Source: Octopus bimaculoides
Taxonomy: Eukaryota
Direction: 5' to 3'
Assembly: GCF_001194135.2 (NCBI RefSeq)
Contig: NC_068990.1
Location: 14,913,977 to 14,956,017, forward strand
DNA length: 42,041 nucleotides
Shown: positions 11,301-21,997 of the stretch, piece after piece
Numbering within the stretch: the first letter of the stretch is position 1
Layout: each line of letters begins with the position of its first letter
Position numbers and translations under genes: made by a program
The notes under the pieces: generated by a model
Seen by the model: the letters and a program-made list of their open reading frames with translations, nothing else
What the model was told of the DNA's origin: nothing
Database searches by the model: none

Positions 11301-14300
11301 TACGAATTTAGATATGGTTTGTAATTTTTTCATACCAAAATACAGAACGTAAACTAGATATAAAATATAGAAAATTTCATATTAAAATAGGCTCAAGCAT
11401 GGCTGTATGAGTAAGAAGCTTACTTTGCAACCATGTAATTTCAGGTTCAATCTCACTGCATAGCACCTAGGGTAACTTTCTTCTAGTTCCTATATACTTT
11501 GCTTAGATGGAATAAATACTCTCTGCCCTTCATTTGGTTCATGAACATCCAGCACTGGGATCAGGTCTGGATAAGTATTTGTTACATGGTAACGGTTGAA
11601 AATTAAAATTTTAAAAGAACTCCCAAAATTTGTAAACTCACAAGTTTTTCATTTAAACTGAATTTAAAGTAATACCATATTGATAGGGTACCAATAAATG
11701 CTTTATTATTATTGCTTTCTATAGTTTTGAGCCACAGGCTCAATAAGCCCTCCTCAGGAGCCAGTGCAAAAGTCTGCATGGAGTACAGCTTCTAGGCTAG
11801 TTATAAATATGTCCTTGTCATCTTCTTTGAGGTTACTTAGAAGAGGCTCCTGAAACTTCACCTTGTCTAATTATACTGGTAGAGAAGATCTAATTACTTT
11901 CATGGTACTAATCAATATAACATGCATTTTAAATCCAATCATTCACTTAAATAGATCAATTAAACACTATCACTCTTTTGTTTTACAATGTTTGCAATTC
12001 ACTATCAAAATTATTTGTTACAAAGAATTTCCACATATGCAAATGTACACTTGCAAGCACATGCACGTGTGTATATGTGTGTCTCTGTGTGTGTGCATAT
12101 ATATATATATATATATATANNNNNNNNNNNNNNNNNNNNNNNNNNNNNNNNNNNNNNNNNNNNNNNNNNNNNNNNNNNNNNNNNNNNNNNNNNNNNNNNN
12201 NNNNNNNNNNNNNNNNNNNNNNNNNNNNNNNNNNNNNNNNNNNNNNNNNNNNNNNNNNNNNNNNNNNNNNNNNNNNNNNNNNNNNNNNNNNNNNNNNNNN
12301 NNNNNNNNNNNNNNNNNNNNNNNNNNNNNNNNNNNNNNNNNNNNNNNNNNNNNNNNNNNNNNNNNNNNNNNNNNNNNNNNNNNNNNNNNNNNNNNNNNNN
12401 NNNNNNNNNNNNNNNNNNNNNNNNNNNNNNNNNNNNNNNNNNNNNNNNNNNNNNNNNNNNNNNNNNNNNNNNNNNNNNNNNNNNNNNNNNNNNNNNNNNN
12501 NNNNNNNNNNNNNNNNNNNNNNNNNNNNNNNNNNNNNNNNNNNNNNNNNNNNNNNNNNNNNNNNNNNNNNNNNNNNNNNNNNNNNNNNNNNNNNNNNNNN
12601 NNNNNNNNNNNNNNNNNNNNNNNNNNNNNNNNNNNNNNNNNNNNNNNNNNNNNNNNNNNNNNNNNNNNNNNNNNNNNNNNNNNNNNNNNNNNNNNNNNNN
12701 NNNNNNNNNNNNNNNNNNNNNNNNNNNNNNNNNNNNNNNNNNNNNNNNNNNNNNNNNNNNNNNNNNNNNNNNNNNNNNNNNNNNNNNNNNNNNNNNNNNN
12801 NNNNNNNNNNNNNNNNNNNNNNNNNNNNNNNNNNNNNNNNNNNNNNNNNNNNNNNNNNNNNNNNNNNNNNNNNNNNNNNNNNNNNNNNNNNNNNNNNNNN
12901 NNNNNNNNNNNNNNNNNNNNNNNNNNNNNNNNNGGAAATTTAGATAGTGTCACGTGACAACTTGCTGGGGCAGCCTGCTGGAGCCTAGCAGCAGGTATAA
13001 AAAGGGGAATTTGACAAGGCAGTCAGTCGGACGCTGACACTCGTTGATGTTGCATCAAAGAGGCCAGGGAATAGAAGAAAGAAGACATGCACCCAACACC
13101 AGAGCTGAAGACACCTCCGAAAGGGGGGGCCCCGCCACGTCAAAACGGTAGAGGAGTAGGGGCCGAAACCGGACGTGGTTCCTTCTGATGATGTCTTGAG
13201 CTAACTGGATCCTATAAAGAAGCTGTTGTAGCAGACCACAAAACATAGTTGAAATTCCTCCATCTCTTAAAGTTTCTAAACTCTCAAGCAGCCGTTGACT
13301 TTTTCCACTCAGGGTTTTTCAGCCTAATATTCAACTCGCTGTCATTTATAGCTTTATCTATTTTGAATTCCACCATTACAAATTATTTATCTTCATATCT
13401 TTTGATGTTTCTAAATCCTTACAGCATGAATGACAAGCAATCTTTGCTGGTAAGAACAAAGCTCCTAAAATGGTTGGAGAAAATTTAAAGGTTTGCTTTG
13501 ATATCATGGTAGAATGTCTGTAATGTTTACAGAAGATGTGGGTTCGAGTCCCACAAACAGCATTTGACTTTTCCCACCCAAAGATTTTTTAAACCCAATA
13601 TTCTACACATTATTATTTATAGTTTTATCTACTTAGAGTTCTACTGTTAAAATGATTTATTTAATGTGTTTTGTAAGACATAATGTTTTAAAGAGCTTAC
13701 AAAATAATGTGAAGTACTCTTTTTGTTGACTTAATTCTGAAAGTATAAAAGGGTCTCTCTTTTAGCTCTGATCAAGTGTAGAGGGGTAAGATATTTAACT
13801 ATAAATGCATATCAGTTAATACCCACTGCAATAGTTATGCACTCAAGGTGCATGAGACCAGTACCTTACCTAAAAGATTATTTCAAGCATTGTGCTTTTG
13901 GCCAAGACATCCAATTACACATGTATCAACTAATCTAGATCTTCCTGGGTGGGAAAAGTCAAATGCTGTTTGTGTGACTTGAACCTACATCTTCTGTAAA
14001 CATTACAGACATTCTACCATAATATCAAAGCAACCCTTCAAATTTTCTCCAACCATTTTAGGAGCTTTGTTCTTATCAGCAAGAATTGCTTGTCATTTAT
14101 GTTGTAAGGAAGATATAAATTAGTTGAGAGAGTAACTGTCAATCTAATGGGAGATTTATGCTTCATTTAATGAACCCTAAAGATTGCAGAAACATTTTTC
14201 TAATATCACAATTCATTACTGGAAACTACTAATTTTGCTGATGACAAAAGAATGAAACACATTACTAGGTAACCATAAGAGATCATGATAGGTGCAAAGG

Positions 14301-16051
14301 AAAACCACAAAGGATATTTGAAGTTTTTTTTTGTACAGCAAGTAATGTCTTTATTATAACCACTTACAGATTCTTCCTCCTGGGTATCTTACTACCATTT
14401 ATGTCTTGAATTTAAATATCTAAAATAAAATTTTCAGATTCTGACATTGTTAAGAAAAATGCTTGTATATTTTTTTAATTTATGACATGTTATATTATTT
14501 TACATATTGATCAACTCTGCATTGTTTTATCATCCTTAGCAAAATGTAGAACATTTAATTTGGGCTGAAGAGAAATGTAAAATCATATTGTCAGGATTAA
14601 TATTTGAACGATGTAGAAATGTCCTTCCTTCAACAATTGTTAAAAAATACTATGATGACTGTCTAAATGATGCATGTGGGTGAGTTTAATTTAAATGTTA
14701 CTTTAACAAATCCCTTTCAATTACATTAATTTTTTTCTAAAAGTAAAAACAAACAATTTAAAGAAGTTAATCACCTCACCACCCTCTCTTCTAAAATGAA
14801 AGTAGCCTTGTAGCCCCTTATCAGCAAGAAACCCATCCTGGTCTAAGTCCACTTCCAATACTTTTAATCTCTCATAAAGCCACCTCACTTGGAGTTTGTA
14901 GTCTTGCAAGGTGCATGGTGACTTCATTAGTGCTGCTGGCACATTAAAAGAACCTAGTACATTTCTAAAGTGGTAAGTGGTAGGAAGGGCACCCAACCAT
15001 AGGAACAATATCAATATAGAGAGTAGAACACTATCCTTGGGCCTATCAGATCCTGTCAAGCCATCCAAGTCTAACTCATGCTACCATAGAACAAGGATAT
15101 ATATATGCTCTCCCTGTCTTGGGTTTTAAACACTAAAACTGTTGATGGGAGTAGTAGGAGCACTGATATGACATCCAGCATATCTGGTGGAGCCCATCTT
15201 TCTCAAGATCTAAAATGCAGCCAATTTCTTCAAAGAGAGAAAGATAGATGAAGAGAGGAAATTATTCTAATGCCAGACTGATACTATACATATATAAAAT
15301 AGTTTCTTTAATGCTTTTTTTTAATATGTTATTATTTAAAATTTTATAAAAATGTTTCTTTGTTATTGAGAACCTCACTAGACATTAATTGGATATAGCT
15401 GAAGAATAAAGAAAATTTTCCCACTTTGAAACTTATAATTAAAAAATTCAAAATTGATTTTTAAATTATCTAAAAATTAATTCCAAATCAAATATCAAAT
15501 TATTTACTTTATATAATACATTTACTACATAAAATGTTATTTTAACCATCTTAGCTAAATAATTAATTAATTTTAATGAATTAGTAGTTAATCCCTTAAC
15601 ATTCAGATTACTCTGGCAAATGTAATGCTTATTTATTATATTGTTTTGAATTAATTATGCATTATCTCATAACTGTGAGAAATCAATGATGTGGTTGTCT
15701 ATATTTAGAATGACATTGCAGTGTAGGTGTGAGAGGCTGGATCTGATCAGTTTAAATGTAAAACTGGAAGAATATTTTGGTGTGATATGGTCTGTTGAAA
15801 TATTAAAAGGTTAAAACGTGTGATTTCTTTCCAGTTGTGACAACGGCAGAGGTGGTGATTGTCTATGCACTGCTATTGCAAACTTTGCCACAGAATGTAC
15901 TTTTCTTGGAGTTCCTACAAGATGGCGGACTCAATCACTTTGTCGTAAGTATTGTGTGAAAAATTATTGAAATGTAAAAACAACTTAAATTTTTAATTCC
16001 TTTTTGATGTTAAAAAATAATTTTACTGGAATATGCACACACAAACACATC

Positions 16052-16091
<40 letters not shown>

Positions 16092-16095
16092 ACTA

Positions 16096-16126
<31 letters not shown>

Positions 16127-17839
16127 ATCTATCTATCTATCTATCTATCCATACATACATACATACATACATACATAGGTATGTATGTCTATAATTATAT
16201 GTGTGTGTGTATGTAGGTATGTATATGTATGTATATATATGTAAATATATTTATGTATATATATATATTCATGTACATATATGAATGTGTGTGCACATGC
16301 ATGTGTGCATGTGGGGGGGGGCTTGTCTTTGTCCCTACACTGCTTGACAACTGATCTTGGTTTGTTTACATTCAAGTAATTTAGCAAAAGAGACTGTGGA
16401 AAAAGAACCAGACTTAAAAACTAAGTACTGGGGTTGATTTGTTCAATGAAACTCTTGAAGGTAGTGCCCCAAAATGGCTACACTCCAATGACTGGAACGG
16501 GTAGAAAAAATAAATAAATAAACAAATAAATATTGTTATGTAAGTGTATCTTCTGTTTGTTTCATTTCATTTTTCAGTGTCTGTCTGTCTCTGTCTGTCT
16601 CTGTCTGTCTACCTGATTCTGTCTCTCTCTATCTCTTTCTCTCTCCCCCCCTCTCTCTCTCTCAATTATCAGTTACCCATATGATCTTAAAGAGTATAAT
16701 TCTATATTTCATTATTTTGAAATGATTATTTTATAATCAATATAATATGTAATATAATTTTCATTCTTTTGTAAATCATCTTCTGCAGCAATCCAGTGTG
16801 ATATAGGTTCAGTATATTTTGAATGCGGAAGTGCAAAACCAAAAATGTGCAATGATTTATCAGAAAAAATAAATAAAGAAATTGGTTCAGAATCAGCTCC
16901 CTGTGTTGAAGGTTGTTTTTGTCCACATGGTTATGTAATGGAAGGTAAAAGTTCGTTATGGATTTCATATTTCTAAGAAATAAGATCAACTCTTTCAAAT
17001 TTCATTAAGTAACTAACTGACAAAAATCTTTTAAGTTAGAATGTATAAATTCATATAAACTGTGGCTCCTATACAAATACCAGTTTGTTTAAGCATAGTA
17101 CATTGTCTGTCATGTGGGTTAACAAGGGACTTGTTCAGATCAAGGGACTTTGTTCAGATCATATCTGCTGTTTGAAAAATATATTGTAGTTTCCACTCAA
17201 TGTAAGTACAGCCAGCAATATGCCTGTGAGTTGTTCTGAGAAACATGGGGTGGAAGCACAAAGGATATATCTCCCCTTGGTTCTTGAAGATGGTTCAGAA
17301 GGGAACAAATGTTTGTGATTGGGAATGAATAAATTATAATGACAGTTGCTAGTGTAATGATGATTGCTTCTGATTAGACCTTATAGAGGAAGGTGCCTGA
17401 TGACTCTACCCCAATGACCTTCTCAGGAATACTGGACAAAGAAGATGAATGGAAGGATGCTTTAAGAATATAATTTTACTTACAACTTGAATGTACTTAC
17501 AATTTTGCTTATAATTTTAGAAAATGAATGTATACCTGAATCAGAATGTCCTTGCTATCTTGGAATTGCCAAATATCCATCTGGAACTAAAGTTTCATTA
17601 GATCTGTGTACAGTTTGGTAAGCATACTTGAAAATAATGACATTCACTATATCTTATGATAATTATTGGTTAGATTAAAACTTATTTATTTGAAATCCAT
17701 CACAATAAGCTCTAGGCATTGAAAATTGATTTTATCTTTTGTGATGATTATAGTTACTAGTAACAGCTATCGATTAATAATTTAAAATGGAAACTCTTGA
17801 AAGCAGAGAATTTATAATATAAAAGTAGCTAATATATTT

Positions 17840-17875
<36 letters not shown>

Positions 17876-20800
17876 ATCAAGTAAATGTAAAAATAAGCAA
17901 GTTGGGCAGGTCAAAATACAAAATGTATTCTTTTCTACTCTAGATACAAGGCCTAAAATTTTGTGGGAGGGAGCCAGTCGATTAGATCGATCCCAGTATG
18001 CAACTGGTACTTAATTTATCGACAGATGAAAGGCAAAATCGACCTCGGTGAAATTTGAACTCAGAATGTATAGACACAAAATACCACAAAGTATTTCACC
18101 CAACATGCTAACGTTTCTGCCAGCACACCACCTTAAAAAATACAAAGTATATTAAATACATAGAATACAAAAAATGTACACATAATAGAAATGATATCAA
18201 GAATTAAAGAGGTTGAAGAAAAGTATTACAAATCCAACAGCTGTTTCTGTGGGCTCGGTGGTCCAATATAATGTTTGTAGATAGATTCCATCATTGGATG
18301 AGATGAGCCTCCATCTTCAGAGAAGAGGTTTTGACATTTCAGGTGTTGACAAGAAGTTTAAAGATTCCAAAACTGGGATCATAGAAAATGATTCCCCATT
18401 CAAATAGTCAGCGGCTCCAAATACTGTTAATCTTCTTGATCTCAGATATACTTAGTTCTGGACATCTAGAATATCATTAATATCAATTCTTTCAATGCAA
18501 AAAGGCAAAAGTAGACATAAGAAGATTATAACTTTGTTTCTGTTTCTTTGAATCAAATGTCATTTTCGGAAACATTTTTTCATGATCAAAATTGCTGAAG
18601 CATGAAATAAATTACCTGCATCAGTTGTTAACTGTCAGGACACTGCATTTTTCAAAGCTTCCATGCTTCCCAAAATTCACCAACAGTACATCTAATGCCC
18701 CACTTCCATCTTTTTTTTTAAAGCAACTAAATCACTGTTCACTCCCTGTGTATTATTTTATATACTGTTCATGCACTTTCCACTACTTTATTTAGTGAGC
18801 TGTAATGCACCTGAGCACTGTATACAATAAATTCATTATTATATTATGTATAATATATTATATCATATATAATATTGGGTTGTCTGGAAAGTTTGTGTTG
18901 ATTTATAGTAGCTTACCTTTCAACTTATTTGCCATGAAACCACCTCAATTCTGGGAAGAGGGTATTTTCAAGTTAAAGGAAAAATGGAGACACATTGTGC
19001 AACAAAATGATTCATATTTGGTTGATTAAGAATGTAATGGCAAGTATTTATTGACCTTTTTCTTTCCTTTAAAAATCGGCACGAACTTTCCGGACAATCC
19101 AATATATAACTCTAGTGTGACCTTTTAACTTTTTCATTTGTATTTTGGATAAGCAACAATGATATTGAATTAAACTCTCAATAAAAGAACCCCCAAAAAT
19201 CGCTTGTAACTATATTGAATCTAGTATATTTTGAATGCCATTTCCTTTATATATTACATATATTTCAGTACTTGTTATGGAGGAATCTTGGAATGTAGAA
19301 ATAACACCTGCACTTGCCCTGAAGGACAGTTCCATTGCAGAAATAATGAATGTATTGACTCTAAAAAGATTTGTGATAAACATAATGACTGTCAAGATGG
19401 ATCTGATGAGTCATTGGATATCTGCAATGAAGGTTAGTCATCAGTTTGGATTTAAGAGTGAAAGCATCTTATTGTTCTTACATATTTGGGTGCAGGCATG
19501 GTTGTGTGGTTAAGAAACTTGCTTCCCAACCAAGTAACTTTGAGTTCAGTCTCACTACATGGCAGTTTGGGCAAGTATTTTCTTCTATAGCCCCAAGATG
19601 ACCAAAGCTTTGTAAATGGATTTGGTAAATGGAAACTGAAAGAAACTTGTCATGTGTATATTCATACATACATAATACACACACACACACATACAGACAT
19701 GCATGTGTGTGTGTGTGTGTATTTATATGTATCCTTGTCTGGATATCATTTGATACTTGTAAATGAACATCATCAGACAAGCAAGGTTGTTCATTTCCAA
19801 CATTCTACGAAAAACATGCTTGGCCAAAGGGAAATATTACCTTGCTTGGAAGCAAGTGAAAGTTGGCAACAGGAAAGGTATCCTGTAGTAGAAAATTTGC
19901 TTCAACAAATTCCCTCTGACCCATGTAGGCATGGAAAAGTTGCTGACCAGCGGTTTTGAGGGAAGGGAGGCAATATGATTACATTAATCCCAGAACTTGA
20001 CTGGTACTTTATTTTATTGACCCTGAAAGAATGAAAGGCTAAGCTGACCATGGCAAGATTTGAACTCAGAATGTAGAGATCTAGAAGAAATGTCATTTAA
20101 GCTTTTTGGCTAATGTGCTAATGATTTTGCCAGCTTGCTGCCTTATAACGATAATTAGATTGCTTTAAAATGTCTGTGTGTACAAAAGTGCCTTGATATT
20201 GATTTCAGAATATTCATTGCTTGTTTGAAGTTTAAAAGGAGATTTTAAGTAATAAAACCTGAAATTTGAAAGAGGAAAACAAATGAAAGTTATGATGCTC
20301 ATATATTTCCTGAACACAATAACAATACAAAGAAAACTAGCTAAATTAAATTGCAGTTGGCTTTATTTCATATAAACTATAATTCATTCTTTTGCTCATG
20401 GTGTTATCTTCTGTCTCTCTGGCTCTATAAAAGAAATTATTAATAATAACCCATCAAATTCAACAGATATAGGATCAGATTAAAATAACTATCTGTATGT
20501 CATCCTCAATGCAAATACATCCCAAAAAGCCAAATTAACTACAGTATTCATTCAGAGACACTATCTGTTATGGATGCATGCCTTTTCATTTTGTGTTTGC
20601 ATCAAGTATGATACTCAGGTGACTATTTTAATCTAATACTGCTTCTGTTGCATTAAAAGAGTTTTATTCAGCCAGCCAGCTACTTGCAACATCAGTGATC
20701 TTTCAATCACTGTTTTCCTATATTAGTGGCAACAGATTTTACCTTAGCAAGTGGTTGCCAGTGAGTGCATACTACAGAAAAAACCCAACAAGGCAGAAAT

Positions 20801-21389
20801 CCACATGTAGCAATTTTAACTTCTGCTGCTGGACAATCTTCATTTGCTTCTGATATATTTGTGTTATTTAGTTCAGTATGTCCATCAGAGATATTATTGC
20901 TGGATGAATACCACAAATCATTTGGCATTTCACCATGTTTGCTACTCATTAAGTTTGCTACTCATATGGTTATTAACGACAAATTGTTATCAACTCTGTA
21001 AAAGAAATTGATTGTAATAATTTTGTGATAGAAAGTTGTGTCTTCAGTAAATTTCCATTCAGTTCCTTTCACTTTGCTTATTCTTTTTTTCTTTTGTTTT
21101 TTAGAATCCATTTCAGCAAAAGCACCAAACTATCAGAAGCCTAAAGGTTTGTTTAAAATATCTGTGTTAGTTCTGAAAAATGAAAGCTGTAAAATAATGC
21201 TCAAAAGCTATTTTATTAAATTTGTTCCCTAGTACGCAACTAATACTTAATTTTTCGACCTTGAAAGGATGAAAGGCAAAGTCAACCTCTGTGAAATTTG
21301 AACTTAGAACATAAAGACAGACAAAATACCACTAAGCATTTCGCCCTGCATGCTAACGATTCTGCCAGCTCACTGCTTTTATAATAATG

Positions 21390-21468
<79 letters not shown>

Positions 21469-21472
21469 TAAC

Positions 21473-21522
<50 letters not shown>

Positions 21523-21956
21523 AAAGACCTGGAAATAGAGGTAACTCGAATGTGGAATCTAAAGACAGAAACAATTCTTATTATAGTAGGNNNNNNNNNN
21601 NNNNNNNNNNNNNNNNNNNNNNNNNNNNNNNNNNNNNNNNNNNNNNNNNNNNNNNNNNNNNNNNNNNNNNNNNNNNNNNNNNNNNNNNNNNNNNNNNNNN
21701 NNNNNNNNNNNNNNNNNNNNNNNNNNNNNNNNNNNNNNNNNNNNNNNNNNNNNNNNNNNNNNNNNNNNNNNNNNNNNNNNNNNNNNNNNNNNNNNNNNNN
21801 NNNNNNNNNNNNNNNNNNNNNNNNNNNNNNNNNNNNAAACACTTTCAATACAGTAACCATAAGAGCATCACAGCAAACCACAGCACATACCCAAGGCACA
21901 CAGAGCTGCGCTCGGTAGTGAAGTGAAAGCACGTTATAAAAATAAAACTACTGAAC

Positions 21957-21997
<41 letters not shown>

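Noticed and set aside
8530-12957. Long ORFs in the track (231-364 aa) at 8530-9225 and 11863-12957
   Set aside because: They are open only because they run through N gaps.
13100-13200. CTGAAGA...GAAAC and CTGATGA motifs with small hairpins in the GC-rich fragment
   Set aside because: I could not build stem II directly after CUGANGA or a valid stem I in any hammerhead topology.
20707-21001. Overlapping 78-80 aa ORFs on both strands with moderate complexity
   Set aside because: No recognisable motif or convincing splice sites; may be decayed transposon sequence but cannot be supported.
21350-21932. Poly-N, poly-I and poly-Y ORFs
   Set aside because: Translations of the (AAT)n tract and the gap.
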